DNA of 64,000 nt from Bacteroidales bacterium (GTDB lineage Bacteria > Bacteroidota > Bacteroidia > Bacteroidales > VadinHA17): positions 72,969-136,968 of the forward strand of contig JAJFVL010000052.1 of NCBI GenBank assembly GCA_021371855.1. Direction: 5' to 3'. Positions 1 to 9,809 of this stretch are shown in pieces. The position numbers were made by a program, and so were the translations under genes. Position 1 is the stretch's first letter; the number at the start of each line of letters is the position of its first letter. A model generated the notes under the pieces. The model worked only from the letters and a program-made list of their open reading frames with translations. It did no database searches and had not been told where the DNA came from.

Positions 1-2178
1 TCCGACTGCCGATACTTCATTTTTTAGTTCAAGTATATTGTTGAATGACAATCCGATACCTATGTAGAAAAGCATAAGGCAAATGCCTTTGATTCCTGTT
101 GAAAATGAATTTAATAATTTTATTTCAGCTCCGGCGCCCACTGCCAGCCCGGCCATCAAGCCTGCAATTAGCAGCCCTGTTATCTGGTACATGTTTCCCA
201 TAATAAGCTGGATGATTAGTAACATGATAATTTCATATCCGGCCAGTGCAGAAGCACTGAAGTACATTACCAGATTTCTTCTCTTTATGGTCATTACAGG
301 CAGAGCGAAGGCGATTATTATCAGAATGATTGAGGGTATCTTCTCATCCATGTTTTTACTGAAATTATATTTCTGAAAATGGAAACAGGCAACCGGAAAT
401 GCGGCCCTGTTTTGTTTAGCTTCCCGGTTCAATAATGCTTTCACTTCTTCAGATTTCTTTGCAATAAGATCATCAGCCAGATAGTCTGAATTGACATATG
501 AATTTGTTATGTTTTTCGTTTTTGTCATTTGGCAGAATGACAAAGATAAACTGGAGTCTGATGCAATGAAATACAGCTTATTGCCAACAACAGGTTCAAC
601 ATTTTTAAATATAGCTGCCAGGCTGTTAAAAATTGATGAATACATATTTATGGACTCTTTATTGAAATAGTCGTCTCCGGGTCCTGGTGAGCATACGAAA
701 ACCCCGCCGTTGTTAAGCCTTTTTCTTGCCTCATAAAAAAAATCAGTCGTATAATATCTGTTAAGAAGAAGCGTAGACGGGGGCGGAATCAGAAGTATAA
801 TTACATCAAATGTCTCTTTGGAATTTCTTATATACCTGAATGCATCATTATTTGAAATAATGCACTCTGCCGGGAAAACATTGCCTGGTAATATCCCTGA
901 TTTTGCCAACTCGGGATCTCTTTCAATATATATGATCTTTTTTACAGGATATTTTAATATTTCAGGCAGATTGGAATGTAGTGATCCTGAAACCAAAATC
1001 ACCTTTTCAGAAAACTCACGCTGGAGCATTGCATAATGTATATTCTCTTCCCTTTCAATTACATCATCGTTATACGACAGAAGCCTCTGGTTGTAATAGA
1101 GACTCTTTTCGTTATGATATTTACCCTGAGTTATATTGCCATATGGCGTGTCTTTTGAATAAGTTACTTTTATACCCTTAAGTAAGATTTGTCTGAAGAA
1201 GACGTCGGGATTTAAAATTATTATACATGATGCTAAAACGGTGACAACAATTTTAACAGTTGACTTTGATTTGGAGTTCGTAATAAAAAATGTAAGAATT
1301 GTATAAGCAGTAGATAATAAGGAGATTAACAAAAGAATCTGGTATGTGTTAAGTAAGCCGGAAGTCAATAGTGATATTAATATTCCCGATGTTATACCGC
1401 CTGTCGTTTCTATCGAAAATGATTTCCCAGGTACAAAATCATTATTTTGTCGTGCAATGGAGATCAATTTGACAAAAGTGAATCCCGACACCATGCAAAA
1501 AGGGATCAGTATCAAAAAAGTAAAAATGATGCTTACCAGGACTGAAGGAGTCTCACCTGAATTCAAAAACAATTTTGATAATAAAAGTAAAAGAAATAAG
1601 GATATTAATGGGCTGACAGAGAATATTATATTAATTCTTTTAATGTCATTAAGCCGTGATTTGCCAGCTATTGACGCACCCAGTGCAGATGTGATCAGCC
1701 ATGAACCAAGGAAAATACCGGCAATGAGTTCATAACCACCCGAAATATTCATCATCTCTCTGATTAGCAGAAGCTGAATTGATGAACTTACAAAACCGAC
1801 GATGAAAAGGTTAATACCTGCAGCTTCAGGAGTCAGCTTTTGTAAGCTGCTTATCTCAGGTGAACTATCCTGACTTTTAAAGATGTTGCTGAAATAAGAA
1901 AGATGCCAGATTAGATGGAACATCCCGGCGAATGCCAGTCCTATTCCAAATTCAACATGCCACTTAAGTATTGTTTTAATGAAGGGGATATCCCATTTAA
2001 AGTTTATCTGGAGCGCCATAAAGATCCCAGCCAGAGCAGTCAGCAGAAATGCTGTTCCAAGGAGAGAGTTCCAGATTTTTCTATGAAATTGAAGAGAGAA
2101 AAAACCGATACGATAAAAGAAGTAACTGATCAGATAAAGGAATATTGCAACTAACCCAGTTCCAACAACATGATACAT
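1..2178 (-). CDS. Polytopic membrane protein with divergent spermidine-synthase-like (aminopropyltransferase-fold) domain; 3' end lies beyond the window edge
   Basis: Absent from the ORF track because no stop codon falls inside the window. My reverse-complement reading from the ATG at 2178-2176 (MYHVVGTGLVAIFLYLISYFFYRIGFFSLQFHRKIWNS...) stays open to base 1 (...LELKNEVSAVG). Many hydrophobic helices flank a soluble block (FDVIILLIPPPSTLLLNRYYTTDFFYEARKRLNNGGVFV) that resembles the spermidine synthase fold. The glycine-rich SAM loop is degenerate (KVILVSGSLHS). The + strand ORFs at 83-2154 are antisense shadows. Confidence 0.7.
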   Translation of the reverse strand, partial: MYHVVGTGLVAIFLYLISYFFYRIGFFSLQFHRKIWNSLLGTAFLLTALAGIFMALQINFKWDIPFIKTILKWHVEFGIGLAFAGMFHLIWHLSYFSNIFKSQDSSPEISSLQKLTPEAAGINLFIVGFVSSSIQLLLIREMMNISGGYELIAGIFLGSWLITSALGASIAGKSRLNDIKRINIIFSVSPLISLFLLLLLSKLFLNSGETPSVLVSIIFTFLILIPFCMVSGFTFVKLISIARQNNDFVPGKSFSIETTGGITSGILISLLTSGLLNTYQILLLISLLSTAYTILTFFITNSKSKSTVKIVVTVLASCIIILNPDVFFRQILLKGIKVTYSKDTPYGNITQGKYHNEKSLYYNQRLLSYNDDVIEREENIHYAMLQREFSEKVILVSGSLHSNLPEILKYPVKKIIYIERDPELAKSGILPGNVFPAECIISNNDAFRYIRNSKETFDVIILLIPPPSTLLLNRYYTTDFFYEARKRLNNGGVFVCSPGPGDDYFNKESINMYSSIFNSLAAIFKNVEPVVGNKLYFIASDSSLSLSFCQMTKTKNITNSYVNSDYLADDLIAKKSEEVKALLNREAKQNRAAFPVACFHFQKYNFSKNMDEKIPSIILIIIAFALPVMTIKRRNLVMYFSASALAGYEIIMLLIIQLIMGNMYQITGLLIAGLMAGLAVGAGAEIKLLNSFSTGIKGICLMLFYIGIGLSFNNILELKNEVSAVG

Positions 2179-2180
2179 AG

Positions 2181-3680
2181 TTACTTTTTCTTATCTTCAA
2201 GTACTATCCCATCGTAGATATATATTTCGGCGTCTTTCCATCCGTCCCATCCTAATCCTGCTTTATCGCGTGATGTATAACCAAGAAATTGCTCCCGGGT
2301 CCATCCGTTTTCTGTCGCTACCTGGGGTAGCATAGTACCGGACCTGAAATCCTTCTTAATGTAAATTCCATGTTTCCCAAGAACGATTTCATCTATATTA
2401 TTGATCTTTTTAAGCGGTCCAAGAACTGTTATTTCAATCTCTGTCTTTTCAAATTCTTCTTTTGACAAAGGAGAGAAACGGGGATCTTCAAAAGCTGATG
2501 AGATAGCTGACGCCTTTACAACTTCATAAAGTGGATCTGATGATATAAATCTTCCTATACAGCCTCTTAGAGCTCCATTGATCTTTAAAGTGACAAAAGC
2601 ACCCATCTGCATTTTTAGTTTTTCCGGTATGGTCTTTTCATTTATTTCAAGCCTTTTATTATCATATAACATAGTACGGATACTGTTTTTTGCTATTGCA
2701 AAAAGCCGATCTTTTTCTGCCTCGGTAAACGACACTTCATCAGTAGTCTTGTCTCTTGCTTTTTCTTTCTGTATTATTGCAATTGCATGATATCCGACTA
2801 CTTCATCTTTGTTTCCGTAAGGAGAATCTCCTGAATTACAATAGTCGACGAGTTTTGCTTCAAGCTGATTATTCCCTTCTGCAAGATATAGAAGTGTTAG
2901 CCCGGAGGTCCATCCGCACATACTGGTAGCTAATCCTGGAATGCGTTTTTCAGAGTTGTCTTCGAGAGTAGTCAGGAACGTTTTCGGATTTCCCGAAGCA
3001 ATGCTTAATGCAGTAGATCTGTCAGTTTCATTTGCTTCCTTATAGGGTGGATAATGTGAAAAATCACTGCTGATAATAAAAAGATTTTCAGGAATAAACC
3101 ATGGTTTGAGTGCCTCCGCTATTTTTTTCACTGTATTTACATTACTTGTACCTATAATAATAGGAACTATTGGAGGTTGCTTTGTAAAGTAATACTGAAT
3201 AAATGGTATCTGAACTTCAAGGCAGTGGTCCTGAAGATGTGCTCTCGTAGGAAAGCTGAAGACTTTGTTCTCACTTATAAGTTTATTGGCAATTTCTTTG
3301 TTTACAGCAACCTTCCCAATAGGTGTTATAAAATCTCCCGAATTATATACCGAAGCCCCGTCGAATGCCATAATATGGCTTGATCCTATAATAAAAATAT
3401 TTTTATACACTGTACTGCGTGATATGGCAGAAAAGGCCGACGCTGCAATTTTTCCCGAATAAATATACCCTGCATGAGGGCTTATTATGGCTCTGACATT
3501 CCAATTGTCAGGTGATTTTTTACAACTTTCGAAAAACATGTGAAGATCTTTCACAAGAGTTTCTTTATCAGCCGGATAGAATCTTCCGGCAGCAACAGGC
3601 TGCCTGTCAACTGTCTCATTTTGAGAGAATGTTTCCATAGTGGTAAATAATGAAAGCAAAACAATTAAAACTGTTCGCAT
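2181..3680 (-). CDS. Fused MEMO1-family (AmmeMemoRadiSam protein B-like) + AMMECR1 (protein A-like) protein with a signal-peptide-like N-terminus
   Basis: 499-aa ORF. The N-terminal half has Memo-type motifs (AAGRFYP, ISPHAGYIYSG, SSDFSHY). The C-terminal half has AMMECR1-type motifs (GAFVTLKINGALRGCIGRF). The first 20 aa (MRTVLIVLLSLFTTMETFSQ) look like a signal peptide; an alternative start at Met15 (about 3638) would remove it. The stop is 2 nt from the ATG of the downstream membrane protein gene. Confidence 0.85.
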   Translation of the reverse strand: MRTVLIVLLSLFTTMETFSQNETVDRQPVAAGRFYPADKETLVKDLHMFFESCKKSPDNWNVRAIISPHAGYIYSGKIAASAFSAISRSTVYKNIFIIGSSHIMAFDGASVYNSGDFITPIGKVAVNKEIANKLISENKVFSFPTRAHLQDHCLEVQIPFIQYYFTKQPPIVPIIIGTSNVNTVKKIAEALKPWFIPENLFIISSDFSHYPPYKEANETDRSTALSIASGNPKTFLTTLEDNSEKRIPGLATSMCGWTSGLTLLYLAEGNNQLEAKLVDYCNSGDSPYGNKDEVVGYHAIAIIQKEKARDKTTDEVSFTEAEKDRLFAIAKNSIRTMLYDNKRLEINEKTIPEKLKMQMGAFVTLKINGALRGCIGRFISSDPLYEVVKASAISSAFEDPRFSPLSKEEFEKTEIEITVLGPLKKINNIDEIVLGKHGIYIKKDFRSGTMLPQVATENGWTREQFLGYTSRDKAGLGWDGWKDAEIYIYDGIVLEDKKK

Positions 3681-3688
3681 GGTCGTTG

Positions 3689-3726
3689 CAATAATTTGGC
3701 ATAATCAAAGTTATGCCAAATTATTG
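3689..3726 (-). promoter_or_regulatory. Perfect 15-bp stem hairpin in the 5' region of the Memo-AMMECR1 gene
   Basis: CAATAATTTGGCATA (3689-3703) and TATGCCAAATTATTG (3712-3726) are exact reverse complements separated by an 8-nt loop. The hairpin ends 8 nt upstream of the ATG at 3680 and begins about 40 nt after the stop of the SiaC-like gene. No U-tract follows it on the minus strand. Confidence 0.6.
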
Positions 3727-3765
3727 AAGAAAGAATGGTTTTTGTGCAAATGTTATTGGAAGAAA

Positions 3766-4221
3766 TTAAATAAGAACCATCGACTCTTTGATGATTTCTT
3801 CTTTGTCATTTGTCTCGCAGATTTTGATTCCCAGGCTTATTTTGGCTGTGGTGATTATAGCGACTAATGGACCAAGTGCTTCTCTAATGTCTTCAACCTC
3901 CAAATTCTCATAATCTTCAATATCAAAATAAAGATGTATAAGCAAAGTATATTCACTGCCCTTTATTGAACAAAGTGCTTTTACAATTTTTGTAATCCAG
4001 ATGGACGATGCAGTGTTAAAATATTCAAGATTCAATCTGAAATTAGTAGTAAGTCTTGGGCTTTTTATATATTCATTGGTCCAAGTCAGAACTTTTTCAT
4101 ACACTTCTGAAGCATTTTCAGGTATTGATCGTCCTGATAAAATTAAATCGCCTGTAAGCTGATTTAAATCAATTTTAGGTGTCTTTTCTTTTGGTTCTAT
4201 CAATAAACTTTTCAACTCCAC
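3766..4221 (-). CDS. DUF1987 / SiaC-like small regulatory protein
   Basis: 151-aa ORF with a GTG start at 4221, preceded by AGGAGG (4229-4234, 7-nt spacer). The pattern TPKIDL..G.L.LSGRSIPENASEVY...W...Y....LNLEYFNTASS matches my recollection of the DUF1987/SiaC family. This call is from memory, not from a search. Confidence 0.65.
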   Translation of the reverse strand: MELKSLLIEPKEKTPKIDLNQLTGDLILSGRSIPENASEVYEKVLTWTNEYIKSPRLTTNFRLNLEYFNTASSIWITKIVKALCSIKGSEYTLLIHLYFDIEDYENLEVEDIREALGPLVAIITTAKISLGIKICETNDKEEIIKESMVLI

Positions 4222-4572
4222 AATAAATCCTCCTTTTGTTAATTTGTCATTTTAAATTGATATCCTCACAACTCTTTTAACGTTATTTACAATGAGTAAT
4301 GTGAATAAATATTTTCTCATCTGGAAAAGAATCCCGGTACAATCGTATTTCGTTGCCTGTAATAATTTTTTTATATTACGGGTTAAAAATAAGATAACTT
4401 TTTCAGAATGAGTTTCTCCTTTATCAAAAAGAATAGGTCAATCGTCAAATAAATAAGCAATTTTTCTTAAATGCAGAATATTAGTCTGCAGGGTGTCGCT
4501 TACAATTCCTTTTTGATCTTGTTTTCTTGTAGATCAATATATTAAAATGTTATCTTTGCAGCCTGAAATTTA

Positions 4573-6369
4573 TTGCATAAAATGGAGATCGTTCTTAAAG
4601 AAAAAATAAAAGAAGCTGTTAAGATTATTTACAATAGCGAGGCTACGGATAACCTGATCCAGATACAGGAAACGAGAAAAGATTTTGTAGGGGACTTCAC
4701 GCTTGTCGTATTTCCTCTTCTCCGGTTCTCGAAAAATACTCCTGAAAAGACAGGAGAGTTAATCGGACAATATCTGGTTGATAACTTTAATGCAGTTTCG
4801 GGTTTCAATGTTATAAAAGGATTCTTAAACCTCGAGATATCTGATAGATGGTGGGTGTCATATCTGGGAAAAATGGCATCTGAAATAAGTCATTTTGAGA
4901 ACAGCCGGGTATTGAATCCTGAAACAATACTTGTGGAATACTCTTCTCCCAATACAAACAAACCGTTGCATCTTGGCCATATACGTAATAATCTTTTAGG
5001 GTATTCGCTTTACCGCATATTGTCTGCATGTGGAAACAGAGTAATAAAAACAAATATAGTTAACGATCGTGGAATCCATATCTGTAAATCAATGCTGGCA
5101 TGGCAGAAATTCGGAAATGGAGAAACCCCTGAATCGGCTGGATTGAAAGGCGATCACCTGGTTGGAAAATATTATGTCCTGTTCGAAAAAGAGTATAAGA
5201 TTCAGATTGAGACGCTTGTACGGGAAGGGATGGATGAAGCTGAAGCAAAAAATTCTGCCCCACTTATGAAAGAGGCCAGAGAAATGCTGGTGAAATGGGA
5301 AGCCGGTGATAAGGAGGTTGTTGATCTCTGGAAAAGAATGAATTCATGGGTTTATGCCGGTTTCGATGAAACTTATAAAAAACTGGGTGTTGATTTTGAT
5401 AGAATATACTATGAATCAAATACATATAAACTTGGAAAAGAGATTGTTCTTGATGCTCTAAAGAAAAATATTCTTTATCGGAACGGCGACAGCTCTATCT
5501 GGGCTGATCTGACACCCAATGGCCTGGATCAGAAGCTTCTTATACGTTCAGATGGTACAACGGTCTATATGACTCAGGATCTTGGAACAGCAGTAGACAG
5601 ATTCAATGAATATAAATTCGATAAGAGTATTTATGTTGTAGGGAATGAGCAGAATTATCATTTCCAGGTTCTTAAAGCTATTCTTAAGAGAATGGGATAT
5701 AGCTGGGCTGATGGCCTGATACATTTTTCATATGGCATGGTCGAGCTCCCTGAAGGTAGAATGAAATCGCGCGAGGGGACAATAGTCGATGCTGATGACC
5801 TGATTAATGAAATGCAGGAAACAGCCAGGGAGGTCTCTCTTGAACTGGGTAAATTATCTGATTTGTCTGAAGAAGAAAAGGAAGAAGTGTACAGGAAAAT
5901 CGGTTTAGGTGCTTTGAAATATTTTATACTTAAAGTTGATCCGCGGAAAAATATGACATTCAATCCTGCTGAATCAATTGATTTCAATGGAAATACAGGG
6001 CCATTTATTCAGTATACATACGCCCGGATTAAGTCAGTTTTCAGGAAAGCAGAACAAATGGGAATTGATGTTCAGAAAGTTACATTGTCAAGTCCAAAAG
6101 CAGGGGCAAAGGAAATTGAACTCATTAAATTGTTAAGGAGATTTTCTGAATCTCTTTCTGCAGCAGCAGCAGAATACAGCCCTGCTATTATTGCAAATTA
6201 CTGTTATGATCTTTCAAAGGAATATAACCAGTTCTATCACGATTATTCGATTCTCGGAGATACAGATCCTGAAACAAGAAATCTCAGAATGGTACTGTCG
6301 AGAGTTACAGGTGAAATTATTTGTGCAGGAATGTGGTTGCTGGGCGTTGAGATGCCTGAAAAAATGTAG
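4573..6369 (+). CDS. argS: Arginine--tRNA ligase
   Basis: 598-aa ORF with the class I HIGH motif (PLHLGHIRNN), a KMSKS-like MKSREG, and a C-terminal anticodon-binding region. Met4 (4582) is an equally plausible start. Confidence 0.95.
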   Translation: MHKMEIVLKEKIKEAVKIIYNSEATDNLIQIQETRKDFVGDFTLVVFPLLRFSKNTPEKTGELIGQYLVDNFNAVSGFNVIKGFLNLEISDRWWVSYLGKMASEISHFENSRVLNPETILVEYSSPNTNKPLHLGHIRNNLLGYSLYRILSACGNRVIKTNIVNDRGIHICKSMLAWQKFGNGETPESAGLKGDHLVGKYYVLFEKEYKIQIETLVREGMDEAEAKNSAPLMKEAREMLVKWEAGDKEVVDLWKRMNSWVYAGFDETYKKLGVDFDRIYYESNTYKLGKEIVLDALKKNILYRNGDSSIWADLTPNGLDQKLLIRSDGTTVYMTQDLGTAVDRFNEYKFDKSIYVVGNEQNYHFQVLKAILKRMGYSWADGLIHFSYGMVELPEGRMKSREGTIVDADDLINEMQETAREVSLELGKLSDLSEEEKEEVYRKIGLGALKYFILKVDPRKNMTFNPAESIDFNGNTGPFIQYTYARIKSVFRKAEQMGIDVQKVTLSSPKAGAKEIELIKLLRRFSESLSAAAAEYSPAIIANYCYDLSKEYNQFYHDYSILGDTDPETRNLRMVLSRVTGEIICAGMWLLGVEMPEKM

Positions 6370-6401
6370 AGTTTTAATATAATTTTTTATCAGATAAATT
6401 T

Positions 6402-7721
6402 ATGTTTGAAAATTTAAGTGAAAGGCTCGATAAATCCTTTAAACTTCTTAAAGGACAAGGCAGGATATCTGAGATTAACATTGCTGAAACACTTAAGGAG
6501 GTTCGCAGAGCATTACTCGATGCTGACGTTAACTTTAAGATCGCAAAACAGTTCACTGACACGGTTAAGCAGAAAGCTTTAGGTCAGGAGGTGCTTAAAT
6601 CAGTTAATCCATCGCAAATGATGGTCAAGATCGTTCATGATGAACTGGTCGGACTGATGGGTGGCGATAAAACCGATATTAATATAAAGATCAATCCGGC
6701 AGTAGTTTTGATCGCAGGCCTTCAGGGTTCAGGAAAGACAACCTTCAGCGGGAAACTTGCTAAATGGGTCAAGAGCAAAAGAGGAAAAAATCCATTACTT
6801 GTAGCCGGTGATGTTTACAGACCTGCTGCAATTGAACAGTTAAAGATAATAGGAACCCAGGTTGAGGTTCCTGTTTATACCGAAGAGGGAAATATGAATC
6901 CGGTTATTATTGCCCGGAACGCTGTTAAAGAGGCAAAAAAGAAAGGCTATGATCTTATAATCATTGATACAGCAGGACGACTGGCCGTTGATGAAGAGAT
7001 GATGAAAGAGATATCTTCGGTTAAGGATGCCGTAAATCCGCATGAAATACTGTTTGTGGTTGATTCAATGACTGGTCAGGACGCTGTTAATACTGCCAAA
7101 GAGTTTAACGAAAGACTTGATTTTGATGGAGTCGTGCTTACAAAACTTGATGGTGATACAAGAGGTGGAGCAGCTCTTTCAATTAAATCGGTTGTCAATA
7201 AGCCTATAAAGTTTGTCAGCTCCGGTGAAAAAATGGATGCTATTGATATCTTCTATCCCGACAGGATGGCCGACAGGATACTTGGCATGGGCGATATTGT
7301 TTCATTGGTTGAAAAAGCTCAGGAACAATATGATGCCGAAGAAGCAAGGAAACTTCAGAAGAAAATAGCAAAAGACCAGTTCGATTTCAACGATTTTATT
7401 AATCAGATCCAGCAGATCAAAAAGATGGGTAATGTAAAAGATCTGATGTCGATGATCCCGGGTGTGGGAAAAGCTGTAAAAGATCTTGATATTGATGACA
7501 ACGCATTCAAGGGTATTGAGGCAATTATAAAAAGTATGACTCCTGAAGAGAGAGTTAATCCTGTCGTTCTTAATGGCAGCAGACGTAAAAGAATTGCAAT
7601 GGGAAGCGGAACAAGTGTTCAGGAAGTGAATAAACTTCTAAAACAGTTCGACGAAACAAGGCGAATGATGAAGATGATGACTAAAAGCGGTAACGTCGCA
7701 AAACTAATGGGCAAAAAATAA
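6402..7721 (+). CDS. ffh: Signal recognition particle protein Ffh
   Basis: 439 aa. SRP54-type GTPase motifs [14 protein letters not shown] and TKLDGD, plus a Met-rich C-terminal M domain (RRMMKMMTK). Confidence 0.97.
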   Translation: MFENLSERLDKSFKLLKGQGRISEINIAETLKEVRRALLDADVNFKIAKQFTDTVKQKALGQEVLKSVNPSQMMVKIVHDELVGLMGGDKTDINIKINPAVVLIAGLQGSGKTTFSGKLAKWVKSKRGKNPLLVAGDVYRPAAIEQLKIIGTQVEVPVYTEEGNMNPVIIARNAVKEAKKKGYDLIIIDTAGRLAVDEEMMKEISSVKDAVNPHEILFVVDSMTGQDAVNTAKEFNERLDFDGVVLTKLDGDTRGGAALSIKSVVNKPIKFVSSGEKMDAIDIFYPDRMADRILGMGDIVSLVEKAQEQYDAEEARKLQKKIAKDQFDFNDFINQIQQIKKMGNVKDLMSMIPGVGKAVKDLDIDDNAFKGIEAIIKSMTPEERVNPVVLNGSRRKRIAMGSGTSVQEVNKLLKQFDETRRMMKMMTKSGNVAKLMGKK

Positions 7722-7729
7722 TCTCCTTC

Positions 7730-8599
7730 ATGTACAAAATTATTGATGGAAAAAAAGTCGCATCTGAAATTAAAAAGGAAATTTCGGAGGAAGTAAAAAA
7801 ACTTAAAATAGCGGGTAAGAAAATTCCTTACCTGGTTACAATTCTTGTCGGGAACAATGGTTCGAGCGAGACTTATGTTGCCAATAAGCTGAAAGATTGT
7901 GATGAAGTTGGCTTCAGATCAAAACTTATCAGATTCGGAAATGATGTTTCGGAAGAAGTGTTACTTGCCAAAATTAAGGAACTCAATGAAGATACTGAAG
8001 TTGACGGCTTTATTGTTCAGTTACCATTACCTGCACATATCTCAGAAAATAAAATCATTGAAGCGATAGATCCTGAAAAAGATGCAGATGGTTTTCATCC
8101 TGTTAATATCGGAAAAATGGTTATTGGGCTTGAGGGATATCTGCCCGCTACTCCATATGGGATTGTAGAACTTATAAAACGATACAGAATTGAGACTTCC
8201 GGTAAAAACTGTGTGGTTATTGGTCGTAGCAATATTGTTGGGCGTCCTGTAAGCATCCTCCTTTCACAAAAAGGGATGGATGCAACTGTGACTGTTGTAC
8301 ACAGCCGTACAAAGAATATTAAAGATATTATCTCAAAAGCTGATATAATTATTGCCGCAATAGGCTCTCCGTCATTTATTACTGCCGATATGGTAAAGGC
8401 AGGTGCGGTTGTAATTGATGTTGGCACAACACGCATCGAAAACCCTGAAACAAAATCGGGTTATAAGCTCATTGGTGATGTTGATTTCGAAAATGTTGCC
8501 CCCAAGTGTTCTTATATTACTCCTGTTCCGGGAGGAGTAGGACCAATGACCAGGGTTTCTCTTTTACGCAATACCCTTATGGCTGCCAGAAAAGATTGA
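7730..8599 (+). CDS. folD: Bifunctional methylenetetrahydrofolate dehydrogenase/methenyl-THF cyclohydrolase
   Basis: 289 aa with motifs [10 protein letters not shown] and [10 protein letters not shown]. Length is typical for FolD. Confidence 0.97.
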   Translation: MYKIIDGKKVASEIKKEISEEVKKLKIAGKKIPYLVTILVGNNGSSETYVANKLKDCDEVGFRSKLIRFGNDVSEEVLLAKIKELNEDTEVDGFIVQLPLPAHISENKIIEAIDPEKDADGFHPVNIGKMVIGLEGYLPATPYGIVELIKRYRIETSGKNCVVIGRSNIVGRPVSILLSQKGMDATVTVVHSRTKNIKDIISKADIIIAAIGSPSFITADMVKAGAVVIDVGTTRIENPETKSGYKLIGDVDFENVAPKCSYITPVPGGVGPMTRVSLLRNTLMAARKD

Positions 8600-8639
8600 C
8601 ATCGGACTGAAGAGAAAAAACTGTTTTTTTATACAGGAA

Positions 8640-9635
8640 CTAAATACCAGTGAAATAGAGGTCAAATCCGCCTTTTCCACCGGCTCTGTCGGATGAGAAC
8701 ATCAGAAAGAGATTTGTGAAATTTTGATCATATCCCAGTACCGGCCTGTATTCATCTGACGGCGTATTAATATCAGGTCCAAAATTGACAGGTGAGTTCC
8801 ATTTTCCATTTCTGAAGATCGAATAATAAAGGTCAAAACCACCCATCCCGCCCGGCCTGTTTGATGCAAATACCATAAGGTTTTTGAATATGAAGGGACA
8901 TTTATCATCACCTGAACTGTTCAGACTGTCTACTTTGGTCGATGCTTCATAATCCTGGTTTAACCATGATGATAAATCCTGTTCAGCAGGCGTTTGATGC
9001 ATATATATATCGAAATTTCCCTCCTGGTTTGTGATAAAATAAGCGGAATCTAAGTTGGTATCGAAACAAATATACGCATCGTCATTGCCTGTATTCAGGA
9101 GTTTAACAGGAAATGGTCCATCGATATCCGGAGGGGTTGAACCAAATACAGGCTGGTTCTTAAGATAATACAAGTCAAGATTCCCTTCAGCGTTTGCCGA
9201 TGAAATAAAGAAATAATCAAACCCGTCTATCGGACTGAACAAACTGTATGGTCCGAAATCATTTCCTGATGTTTTTGCTTTATTAATGAGTTTTGTCAAG
9301 AAGGCATCATTTGTCATAGAGGTCTCGAGGGTGAAACTTCCGTCTGTCTGACCAAACTTGTATGAAATAACTGCCTGTTCCAGGTCAAATTGGCCACCAG
9401 AACTTCCCCTGTTACTTGAAAATATTATTGATAAATATCCTTCAAACTGAAGAATGTTTAGATTATAGTCATCATATGAAGAATTAATGTCTGAAAGGTT
9501 TCTTACACTATCAGGGAAGGTCCCCCGGGTATATTTTATTGGGTTATCATCTTTTTTGCAGTCCGTAAGAGAAATTGAAATAAGTATTATACAGAGTACT
9601 ATTGCTATACTAAGCCTGTATACTGATTTTTTCAT
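8640..9635 (-). CDS. Lipoprotein with TolB-like (PD40-type beta-propeller) repeats
   Basis: 331 aa with a lipoprotein-like N-terminus (...ILISISLTDC). It has three repeats of the type SSNRGSSGGQFDL / ASNRPGGMGGFDLYY / SSDRAGGKGGFDLYF, typical of TolB/PD40 blades. Confidence 0.7.
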   Translation of the reverse strand: MKKSVYRLSIAIVLCIILISISLTDCKKDDNPIKYTRGTFPDSVRNLSDINSSYDDYNLNILQFEGYLSIIFSSNRGSSGGQFDLEQAVISYKFGQTDGSFTLETSMTNDAFLTKLINKAKTSGNDFGPYSLFSPIDGFDYFFISSANAEGNLDLYYLKNQPVFGSTPPDIDGPFPVKLLNTGNDDAYICFDTNLDSAYFITNQEGNFDIYMHQTPAEQDLSSWLNQDYEASTKVDSLNSSGDDKCPFIFKNLMVFASNRPGGMGGFDLYYSIFRNGKWNSPVNFGPDINTPSDEYRPVLGYDQNFTNLFLMFSSDRAGGKGGFDLYFTGI

Positions 9636-9771
9636 ACGTAAATAATTTTTAGTTTATGGTTGGATGGAACACCTCCATGTTTTGAAAGATTATTTTCATT
9701 TTTGTTTATTTTCCGGAAAACATGGAGGTTTCATATTTGTGAAAATAAAGGGATGTATCCTTACAAATGTA

Positions 9772-9809
9772 TTAAAAAAATTAAAGAACCGGGTAGGGTC
9801 CCGGTTCTT
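9772..9809 (-). terminator. Orphan intrinsic terminator (minus-strand orientation) with no upstream ORF
   Basis: On the minus strand: AAGAACCGGG-ACCCTA-CCCGGTTCTT (10-bp GC-rich stem) followed by TAATTTTTTTAAT. No ORF of 60 aa or more lies upstream on that strand between here and the TPR gene at 10066. Confidence 0.55.

Noticed and set aside
83-2154. Five + strand ORFs (83-376, 818-1036, 981-1181, 1346-1735, 1915-2154) are the only track entries in the first 2.2 kb.
   Set aside because: They are short and low-complexity, and they lie antisense to a continuous 726-codon minus-strand reading frame (2178 to base 1). The track omits that frame only because its stop lies outside the window.
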